This document shows positions 54,104-64,000 of a stretch of 64,000 nt of DNA, piece after piece; position 1 is the stretch's first letter, and every line of letters begins with the position of its first letter. The position numbers and the translations under genes are program-made. Source of the stretch: Bigelowiella natans CCMP2755 (lineage: Eukaryota > Protista > Cercozoa); contig ADNK01000870.1 in assembly GCA_000320545.1 (NCBI GenBank), positions 135,619 through 199,618 on the forward strand, written 5' to 3'. Below the pieces are notes generated by a model. That model ran no database searches. It had not been told where the DNA came from and worked only from the letters and a program-made list of their open reading frames with translations.

Positions 54104-55131
54104 TTATTTTGTCTTTGTAACCCTAACCTCTAATTTTTCACCCTCCATTTCAATAGCCTGTAGAGAATCTAATTGAACTTCTGGCGGAAGCGCAAATGAT
54201 CGTTTGAAAGTTGACGAATGATACCTAATTAATTGAACATCATTCTTTTAAAAATTCTTCAAAAATTTTAATGGAGAGTAGATTACCCATCATTTACAGG
54301 AGCCATCATTTTTCCTTCGATGATGATCATGTTTCCTTGAAGAGCAACATTCAGATTGCCTTTCTGTATTCCAGGGACTTCCATAGTGTATGTAAATCCA
54401 TCAGGATCTTCAATCCTATGGAGTTGGGGTGGTTTATATTTATCCTCAACCTTGGCATGAGTAGGTTGTATCGGAATTTCTTTAGTGGGAATATGAGCTC
54501 GGGCCTCGTCGAGCGTCCGTTCTTTTCTTTTCAACACATCGTTTTTTGGAATCTCAACTCCACTATCTATTTGTTGAGTTTCGACACTGTCCTGGCGAAT
54601 TCTATTAACTGCATCTTGCAGGCTATGTTCCTGTTGGCGTTGTTCATCCGCAACCCTCTCTATGGCACTCTTAAGTGCTGCACGCTGTCTTCTCCGTGAT
54701 TCTGCGAGGTCGGAAATATTTCCATCCATTTCCATTAGCTGGTCAAACACTTCCATTAACCCTCTCTCACCCCTTAAACCTTGGAAGAAAAGGTCGTAAA
54801 GAGGATCTACACCGGGTCGACGGAACTCTCCCGATGCAACTCTGATGGTCTCCCGTCGTCGAGATGACCTTGATCTTAATGCTGTTTTGGGTGACATACT
54901 CAAGAATGATCTCGGGTATGTAGGCTTCAAGTTCGAATGCATTGTCCTTGAGGAAGAGTTAGGGCCCGAGAATGCCAAAAAGGTGCCATCGTCGTAGGTG
55001 TGAAAGCGGTATCCTAGTAGCGTTATGACCACTGCTGCGACGAAAAAGAAGCAACCCTTCTTATCGATTCGGAATGGGGTTGACGTTACATCGTTTCCTC
55101 TTTCAAAGCTCGCATAAACTTGTTTCAACAT
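54104..55131 (-). CDS. Small heat-shock protein (Hsp20/alpha-crystallin domain) with bipartite plastid-type leader, 2 exons
   Basis: Hydrophobic CFFFVAAVVITLLG is followed by an S/R-rich segment ending RSRSSRRRETIRVAS. The alpha-crystallin domain reads EDPDGFTYTMEVPGIQKGNLNVALQGNMIIIEG...|YHSSTFKRSFALPPEVQLDSLQAIEMEGEKLEVRVTKTK*. Confidence 0.85.
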
Positions 55132-55683
55132 TCTTGCCTCAGAAGCGCAGAGGTCTCGAGAAATTTTACTCGAATGACTCGACGAGCGTCGCTTTCTTTC
55201 GTTCTTTCGTTCTTTCTTTCTTTTCTTCTCCTGAGAAGCGATTCGAACTACTGTGTGGTGTGTTGATAGTCTCCAGGACAGACCCTAATTCAATGGGATT
55301 TATTTTTACGTCATGAATTTACATTTGATTCAAAGTTTTTAACAAGCAAATAAAGTTCAAAAAGCTTTTCCAGGAATCTGAAACTTTGTTAGGCTCCTGA
55401 GACTTTCCGGAGAACGCTGCATTACAGTTGGCCTCGTGATCAGCGCGCGTTATTAATTTCCATAGTTTTCTTTTCCCACTTGGGTGTCCGTTAGATAAAG
55501 TGCTTCGCGGAAAATCGGGGACACCTGAATGTTTCCTCAAAATGGATAAAAGATTACATTTTGGTAAGGCGACAAGCATTTTAGAAGTCTTATGCTTTTT
55601 TTGGTGAGATGATTAGGTAACAACTCAAGATTGCTACTTGTCTTCCATCGATCCCTTCGCGTTCCCATCTTGGATACCTCAAG

Positions 55684-58600
55684 ATGGAAGTCGAAAACGT
55701 TGCCCCAAGCAACAGTTCCATTGAGAAGATATATCAAAAGAAGGTACACAGACACCATGGTCTGACTTTTAAGAATCCTGAGAATTGTGTGAACCTAGAC
55801 CCCACTGGAACACATTCTCCTGCGCCCTGACACATACGTGGGCTCCATTGAACCAGAGACTACAGAAGCCTGGGTCTACGACGATGTGGCGAAAAAAATG
55901 GTGTTTCGGGAAATTACTTTCGTTCCCGGAATGTACAAGATATTCGACGAAATTCTTGTCAATGCTGCTGATAATAAGCAGCGTGATCCAAACATGCGAA
56001 AGCTAGAAGTAAACATCGAAGAGGAAACAGGAGAAATATCCGTGTTTAATGATGGCCGCGGTAGGTGCTTCCTTTGTCAATCTGAAACGACTTTAATATT
56101 CGAAAATCAATTAGGGATTCCGGTTCAGATACACTCCGAGCATGGAATTTACGTTCCAGAGCTCATTTTTGGGCATTTGTTGACCAGTAGTAACTACAAT
56201 GTAGAACTTTTCCTAGTATGGAAACTTACAAGAAACTGAAAATAGTTTTTATCAGGATAATCAAAAGAAAACTACTGGAGGCCGAAATGGCTTCGGTGCG
56301 TCAAATGATTAGGTAACATCCATAGTCCGGTGAATCTAACAGCAAATTTTCTTTCTTCAGGGGCAAAGCTAACAAATATTTACTCAACTGAATTCATCGT
56401 GGAAACCGCTGACAAAAAGAAACGATTCAAGCAAACTTTCTCTGACAATATGGGAAAGAAATCAAAGCCTTCGATCAAAGCGTAATATACTCGTCTAACT
56501 AAATTACTACCACGATGATACTGACAAACGTTCATACTAGTTGTAAGAAAGAATGGACAAGGATAACCTTTACCCCAGACTATTCAAGATTTGGGATGCA
56601 TGGTGGATTGACAAGAGACGTTATATCTCTCCTTAAAAAGAGGTTACCTCGTTAGATTGTTTATGGTATCTGCATCACAGACAAACTATCCATCAGGGTT
56701 TACGACATGGCGGGCTGTCTGGGAGCTGGGGTTAAATGCTATCTCAATGGAGAGCTTCTAAAAATCAAGTAAAATGTGAATGCTTGAATTTAGCTAGTTC
56801 TAAAAAAATTTGTCAACACTCAGAAACTTCAAGGAATACGCTACGATGTATGTCCAAGGAAAGGATGCTAGTCTGCCACTGATCTATGAGCGTTTTGGTT
56901 CAAGGTTGACTTGCACGACAACATTGTTACATTGTTTAAGCTGACGTGATTTCGCCTGATACTTCAGGTGGGAAGTGGCGATAAGTATGACAGAAGGGAG
57001 CTTTCGGCAAATATCCTTTGTGAACAGTATCAACACAATGAAAGGCGGGCAGCACGTGAATTACATTTCTGAACAAGTTGTGAAAAAGTCCATGGCTATC
57101 ATAAAGAAAAAGCACAAAGGTTAATCGATATTCATAAAAAAATTTAGAGTTTAAACGCAAATTACCTTTTCAGGCCTATCCGTCAAGAACCACCATATAA
57201 AAAACCATCTGTGGGTTTTTGTCAACTGCCTCGTTGAAAATCCAGCATTCGATTCCCAGACAAAATTGAATCTTACAACCCGAAAATCTAATTTTGGGTC
57301 AAAGTGCGAACTCAATGATAAGTTTATTGGAAAGGTACTGAAATGTGGAATTCTTGAGCACATCCTGAGTTTTGCAAAGTACAAACAGTCAAAAGAACTC
57401 AAAAAGACAGATGGAAAAAGGAAGGGACGAATAATGGGAATCCCAAAATTATCCGATGCCAATCACGCTGGTGGAAGGAAAAGTAGCGAGTGTACGCTAA
57501 TTTTAACAGAAGGGGATTCTGCTAAAGCACTCGCGCTCAGCGGCATGAGCGTCGTAGGCCGTGACTTCTATGGCGTATTTCCCTTGAAGGGGAAACTTCT
57601 CAACGTTCGAGACGCTCCTCATAAGAGAATCATGCAGAATGTTGAAGTTTCGAGCTTGAAAAAGATCATTGGACTCCAGCAAGGCAAAACTTACACAGAT
57701 ACAAAGGAACTTCGCTATGGAAGAGTAATGATTATGGCTGACCAAGATCATGACGGGTCCCACATAAAGGGTTTAGTTATTAATCTATTCAGCCATTTTT
57801 GGCCTTCGTTGTTCAAAATGCCTGGTTTCCTGGTTGAATTTATTACACCTATTGTAAAGTGCACAAAGGGTAAGAAGAGTGTTCAATTCTTCACTGTTCC
57901 AGAATACGAATCGTGGAAACACGAGAACAACGACGGTAAAGGTTGGAAAATTAAGTATTACAAAGGTTTGGGTACCAGTACACCGCAGGAAGCAAAAGAA
58001 TATTTTTCCGACCTCGATCGCCATGTGATAGAATTCGAACACGAAGACGAGGAGGATGACGAGGCAATAGATATGGTGTTTGCCAAAAACTCAGCGGATA
58101 AACGAAAGGAATGGCTGCAAGATTTCAAAGTTGGCACGTTTCTAGCTCAAGAAGATGTAGAAAGACTGCGCTACAAAGACTTCGTCAATAAGGAAATGAT
58201 CCTGTTTTCAATGGAATCTAACCTCCGTGCCATCCCTTCAGTTGTCGACGGATTAAAACCCGGACAGCGGAAGATTATCTATTCATGTTTTAAGCGAAAT
58301 CTTAAAAAGGAGATTAAAGTTGCTCAGCTCGCCGGATATGTCAGCGAACATTCAGCTTATCATCATGGAGAAATGAGTCTCACAAGCACGATCGTGAAAA
58401 TGGCTCAGAGTTATGTGGGTAGCAATAACATTAATCTCCTAATGCCGAATGGCCAGTTTGGTACTCGATATGATGGGGGGAAAGACGCTGCAAGCCCACG
58501 TTATATTTTCACAAATCTTTCTCCAGTGACGAGAGCTATTTTCAACCCGAATGATGACAATATTTTATCGTATCTGAATGAGGATGGTCAATCGGTAGAG

Positions 58601-60128
58601 CCGCTGTACTACGTTCCTGTTCTTCCTATGGTGTTGGTTAATGGTGCACAAGGTATGGGCACCGGATGGTCTACTGCAATTCCAAACTTCAATCCCAGAG
58701 AAATTTGTGAGAATTTGAAACGGCTTCTGAGGGATGAGGATGTGCAGAAAATGAAGCCATGGTACAAAGGGTTTACGGGTTCTATTGAAGCGAAAAACTT
58801 AACTTCATACACCGTGAAAGGAGTCGTTGAAAAGTTGGGAGAGAAGTCTTTGAAGATCACTGAACTTCCAATCGGTGTTTGGACTCAGGTCTACAAGGAG
58901 TTTTTGGAAAAGAACCTCGCAGAGGGAAAAGTGAAGGACTTTAAAGAGCACCACACTGACAACACAGTATCCTTTCAACTCGAATTTCATGACGAATCGA
59001 AATTGGCCTCTTTTGAAAAGATTGGTCTGAGCAAATCTCTAAAGTTGACAGGATCTGTATCTGTTTCCAATATGGTTCTGTTTGATGCAAACGGTCAACT
59101 ACGAAAATACGCTGGCCCTGAAGATATTTTACGTGAATTTTACGATCTTCGCTTATCGTTTTACGGGAAAAGAAAGGAGTATCTTCTTAATAAACTGTCA
59201 GATATTGTAGAAAAACTTCAAAATAAGGTCCGTTTTGTTAAAGCAGTTATTGATGGGGACGTTGTTATTCAAAGGAAGAAGAAAAATGACATCCTTGAGC
59301 AACTCATTGAGCAAGGTTACCGGGCATTTAATAAAAGTGAAAAGCGAGGAATCGCGAGCGAGGTTGAAGAAGATGATCATGATGATAACGATGTCAAAGA
59401 CGCAAGCGGTGGCTATGATTACCTGTTGGGTATGAAACTTTGGAGTCTTACTTACGAGAAAATTGAGCAGCTTGAAGCGGAGCTGAGGGAGAAAGGTGAA
59501 GAGTTAGACATTCTGGAACGAACCCCAGTTAAGCAACTTTGGATAAATGATATCGACGATTTTTTGGACACTCTCGGAGAGCATGAGGCTCGAGAAAAAG
59601 AAATAGAAGCTAAGGACTCTAAACTTCGTAAGAAGACCACGAAGAAACGAGGGAAGAAAAAAAAATACTCAAGAGATGATGACTCGGATTCGGATTTTGT
59701 ACCAGAGTACAAATCGAAGAAGCGTGTTCCTGCGAAATCCAAGAAAACAGCGTCTAGGGCTCGAAAGGGTATAAAGCAGGAGAGGAACAAAGGAATGGCG
59801 AAAAAACCAATTTCGAAGAAGAATCGTGAAATAATTTCTATCCTTGATGAGGATTTAGATACTAAGCAAGATTCGGCTAAGGAAGATGACGTTACTTTGC
59901 CTCTAAGCGAGAGATTGAGCCAACGCCTCTCATCTCTTACGCTTTCTTCTCGTAGCTCTAAAGATGAACTGGCAAAAAAAAGTCAAGAGATATCTGACAA
60001 TGATTCTGCTTTCGAAGCTGAGGAGGAAGAATCCGAGTATGAACCGACACCGAAAGTGAAGAAAACTGTGCGCCAAAGGAAGACAAAGGTCACTCTTCTG
60101 ATTTCGAAAAGTTACAATCTTCCCTGAT

Positions 60129-60168
<40 letters not shown>

Positions 60169-60825
60169 CCACAAACTCTTTTTTTTAAATCTAGGCTCCA
60201 AAGTCCAGTCTTGAGACGAAAACAAAGGTATGGTATATAGTGCGAGCAATTGATCGGTTTCTTTGGATATTCATTATATTTACTGAATGCTTAGAACAAG
60301 GCGAAAACGGCGAAAGGAGGAAAGAAACTAGAGTCGAAATCTAGGGTATATCTTTGATATAATTCTAGAGAATATGACTAATTCCTTCGTTTCTAGGCCA
60401 CGACAAAAAGATCAAAGCCAAAGAAAGCCACCACTGTCAGTAAGATTGAAGCTTCACCTTCAGCAACACCTCAGCCAAAGCGTAGGAAACAGAAGAAAGC
60501 CACCCCACCACCCAAATTTCAGGATGAATCCTTCCGTATCGACGAAGAACAGGATGAGAGGTAAATCTCCATCAATTGTTTTGATCGTAGTATTGAAGTA
60601 TGCCTATTTTTTTCACAAGTGATGAAGAGTCAGTTGACGCTCAAGATGCAATTCCTGTACGCCGTGCTCGTCGCCCAGTCAAAAAAGTCAACTATGCATT
60701 CTATGGGTACTTGATTTTTTTTTTAAATGAAATTTATCCTAATTGATACTTTTGGATGACTAAGGTCTGAAGATGAGGAGTCTGCGTCAGAATATGGGGA
60801 AGAATCTGAGTATTCTGATGCTTAG
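55684..60825 (+). CDS. TOP2: DNA topoisomerase II, multi-exon
   Basis: MEVENVAPSNSSIEKIYQKK|TPLEHILLRPDTYVGS, KIFDEILVNAADN, TGGRNGFG, LILTEGDSAK, PLKGKLLNV, IMADQDHDGSHI, YYKGLGTS, AASPRYIFT (catalytic Tyr), and a K/E-rich tail ending EYSDA*. Confidence 0.97.
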
Positions 60826-60849
60826 GCATGCCATTTAAGTGTGGCATGT

Positions 60850-61780
60850 AAGAGTCGTACTCGCGAGTTTTGCAAAGAAATTTAAATCATGGACACATGT
60901 AACATCTTCCGAATCGAAAGTTGAATGTGTTTAAGACCCATGTCGTAGTCTTGCTTCTAGATTTTGAACATTTGAAAATCATGCAAAGCAACATTTGACA
61001 CAACTGCGCATTCTCTGCACCATGCAGATGCTACTACTACATTAAGCGCACTAGCATAGAATTTGCCAATGTGCCACATGCTAGCTAGCATGCATGGAGC
61101 TCATGCTCTTCAAAAATTTGACGATCATGCATTGAATGATCATGGAATTGCATGATGTGCAATAAGTCTCGTCTAGCTAGGTCTGCTAGCTAGCTAGACG
61201 TTGCGATGTTGGCTTGCGTCAGGCTAGCAGGGCTAACAACTAACAACATCAAGATGATCTAGCAGTGATGTCTGGCGGATCGATGGCGCACATGCTCTAG
61301 CTACGATGTAGCTAGCTCTAGAGCTAGTAGATAGCTAGTAGCTAGCTAGCTAGCTGGCTAGCTAGCTAGTCGTACGTAGTGCTGTCACAGTGCTACCAAT
61401 CTAGCAATGCAACTAGCCAACGCTGTCTAGCTAGCTGCGCATAGCTAGCTAACCGCTGCATTGCTAGATTGCATGCACAGCTACATCGTAGACAGCTACA
61501 CTAGTGCATGAGGATGACCATTCTAGCATTGAACAAATTCAATATTGATTCTGGATTCATTGCATGCCTCCGTACTGCATGTAAGACAGACGGATGCATG
61601 CAATGAAACTAACTAGCTATGCTAGCTAGTGTAGCTAGTCGTACTAGCGTGGCGGGTGCATGCACGTTTTCCCACTTGCTAGAAGATTGTTGCAATCAGA
61701 GAAGCGCTTATAATACACAAGTGAAGCGAAGCTGCTATACAATAATCCTACGTGGCATGCTCTAGTGCTTTATAATGACA
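60850..61780. other. Convergent intergenic tract extremely rich in (GCTA)n/GCATGC
   Basis: gtagctagctagctagctggctagctagctagtc at ~61340 and many catgca words between the TOP2 and methyltransferase 3' ends. Confidence 0.8.
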
Positions 61781-61835
61781 CGCCGCCTAGACACCGTTTC
61801 ACGGATTAGGTTAGCGAGAATTACATGTATTTTAA

Positions 61836-63093
61836 CTAGCGGGCCTTGACAGCTACCATTGCCAGGGTGCCTGCAGTCCCATCCTCTGCAGAAGCTCTCG
61901 CAGCCCGCCAGACTTTCACGCTTTCAAAGCCAGAATCCTCTAGTATTTTCTCCCACTCCCTCTCACTAAGAGCTCGCATTTTTACGTGATGAATGTCTGG
62001 CCATCCCAGTGATCTAAAAATATGTTAAGGGAATAAAAGCTTATGGTCGAAAACAGACTCTAGTTTGTAGCGTGAAACATCACTCTTTGTGCTCCGAGTA
62101 AAAGTCAACACCAGCTGCCAGTACACCTCCCGGCTTCAACCTGCACCAGTACATGATATCATAATTAATGCTTCTTAGACGATGTTTCTCACGCGCGGTG
62201 TACCATGTAGAGTGTATCCGATTGAGCACCTTCTCCAAGTCATCCCCGAGATAGTATAGAACTTCCATTGAGTGAACCAAATCCACTAAAATGGGCATGG
62301 AATTTACGAATTCGATGAATTAGTTTGTAGATGATTGCACCGAACCTTGCTCTTTAGGATTCCAGGTCTTAAGGTCCACTACTTCATATTTGCCTTCAGG
62401 GTCTATCTGTCAATGTGTAACTTCTCGGTTTGGCATCGGAGCGGTGCACAAAAGTAATTGGCAGTACCTCCTTTGCCCTTTCGATCATACCCGGAGCACC
62501 GTCTACCCCAATTACATCTCGACAACCTGAAGCCTCCTCTTTGATCTTGCTGTGCGAGCAATCGAAGTAGTAGTAGTTCGCAATACTTAGTAGCATTCTT
62601 GGATCGAATAGTAAATATGTGTCCTCACCGAGCAACCCATCCGTTCCCGCAACCAGCATCAATTGCTGTGAAGCCATCTTCTCTATCAACGTTACCCGGG
62701 GCAGAGCCCATTCGTGGTAGAGCTTCGCCTAGGATTTCTGCTACTGCTTTTGCATGGCCTGCCGCCATTCTCGCATCACGTCCATCAAGTGACCATTCAT
62801 GGAAAACATCCTGAGGCCTACGCCATTTGATTACTCCTGAAAGCAGGAGGATGCTATATGTCATGCCATAATTTAATCACAGTCCTTTGAATTCAAAGCA
62901 CGAAATGACCGTCTCCCTTGCACTCTTCTCCAGTAGATGCTCCTGATGTCGCCGTTGAGCATGCTTGACTACTCGAGGTGTAGACGCGAATTGGAGAGTA
63001 TAGCAAGAACGAGGAGAGAACGTACATGCGTGGATCCCGATTTTTCAGTGTCCGGGAGAGCCTTGATAGCAGCCACAAGGGGGGGCGCATCAT
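61836..63093 (-). CDS. Class I SAM-dependent methyltransferase with N-terminal presequence-like leader, multi-exon
   Basis: AIDAGCGNGWVAR (motif I), VIGVDGAPGMIERAK, VDLVHSMEVLYYL, LKPGGVLAAGVDFYSEH, ending GTLAMVAVKAR*. The N-terminus is MMRPPLWLLSRLSRTLKNR. Confidence 0.85.
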
Positions 63094-63259
63094 AGTTAGT
63101 AGTAAGTTAGTTAGTTAGTTGTTCTGTTCGCGTCCTTGACTTCCAAGCAGTCTGTCTTGTTTTTGCACCGATTACATCTAACTGATTCTCATATGAATTG
63201 TCGAGTAGTTTGAGTTCGTCGAGTTTAGTATGTTTCAGTCCAATATTTTAGTCACTAGT

Positions 63260-63260
<1 letters not shown>

Positions 63261-63347
<87 letters not shown>
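63261..63347. repeat. (CAA)n microsatellite, about 29 units, in a divergent promoter/5' region
   Basis: Perfect caa run ending about 20 bp before the ATG at 63369. Confidence 0.95.
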
Positions 63348-63349
<2 letters not shown>

Positions 63350-63368
63350 CTAACACACGTCGACGACT

Positions 63369-64000
63369 ATGCTACCCCCCCTCCTCCTTCTCATAATCGC
63401 ACTAAATAGTTCGGTCTCACAATCTACGAGAGTTGTACGGACAAATCAGCTTTCGTCTTGCAGTAGAGATCTTTCGCATCTGAATACTAGGACTACTGGT
63501 GCGAAGAGAGTGGGGTACCATACTGCATCGCTCCCTTTCAGGCAGCGACGACGGAACAAACTGATTCTTTACAAGGGTAAGTTTTGACGACGTATATGTC
63601 TTGACAATAACATATATCCTAATATATCTTATGGCATGCTTCTGCATGTATTTTACTGAAGAAAATGATCCAACTGTTAGGCCGTAGTCGTAGGGTTAGA
63701 GTAGGTAGCATTGACGAGGAAGAGGACCTAATGATGGATCTTGATTTGGGATCTACCACTGCTTCTACGACGGATGGTGATGAACAAACATCTGGTAGAT
63801 CAAAGTTTAGCTTACAAGCGATTCATGGAGAATGTAAGGTCTGATACAGCCTGCTAAGGAGAGAGACTTGGGCGGTGGGGATAATGAACAAAAGGAGGAG
63901 GAGGAGGAGGAGGAGGAGGAGGAGGAGGAGGAGGAGGAGGAGGAGGAGGAGGAGGAGGAGGAGGAGGAGGAGGAGGAGGAGGAGGAGGGAGGTAGAACGT
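63369..64000 (+). CDS. 5' part of a gene with a signal peptide plus transit-peptide-like leader (product unknown, continues beyond window)
   Basis: MLPPLLLLIIALNSSVSQS...RQRRRNKLILYK|GRSRRVRVGSIDEEEDLMMD...; intron 63577-63680 is GT-AG and in frame; next donor at 63834. Confidence 0.6.
63894..63988. repeat. (GGA)n microsatellite, intronic
   Basis: Long perfect gga run. Confidence 0.95.

Noticed and set aside
54118-54135. Telomere-like ccctaacctctaa
   Set aside because: It is short, imperfect, and lies in the last coding exon of the small HSP.
55542-55683. Possible N-terminal targeting extension of TOP2 from an upstream ATG and intron
   Set aside because: The spliced upstream frame is out of frame with MEVENVAP, and the in-frame path meets a TAA. 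At most it is a uORF or a 5' UTR intron.
1-64000. Nucleomorph or prokaryotic origin of the window
   Set aside because: Introns are mostly about 50-500 bp rather than 18-21 nt, the GC content is moderate, and the genes carry host-type targeting leaders.

Overview
Gene-dense, intron-rich eukaryotic nuclear DNA. It is most likely from a chlorarachniophyte (Bigelowiella-like); this is inferred from three bipartite signal+transit leaders and a green-lineage plastid ribosomal protein, PSRP6/cL38. I reconstructed 12 spliced genes by eye: a giant thioredoxin/UBA/DUF3638-type protein (runs off the left edge), a KH-like RNA-binding protein, PSRP6 (missed by the ORF track), a TBC Rab-GAP, an apparent TsaE-TsaD fusion, SmD2, an Elp3 with a C-terminal hydrophobic tail, BRR2, a plastid-type small HSP, topoisomerase II, a class I methyltransferase and the start of another plastid-type gene. 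Most striking: (1) two intergenic tracts from which TpA is almost erased except inside CTAG, including about 720 bp with no TA at all. Related CTAG/CATG/TGCA-rich DNA lies downstream of gene 3' ends but not in divergent promoters, which suggests a targeted A:T>G:C mutational process. (2) A likely organelle-targeted TsaE-TsaD t6A fusion enzyme. Exon boundaries and counts were read manually and need computational confirmation. No rRNA, tRNA, CRISPR array or intact transposon was recognised.
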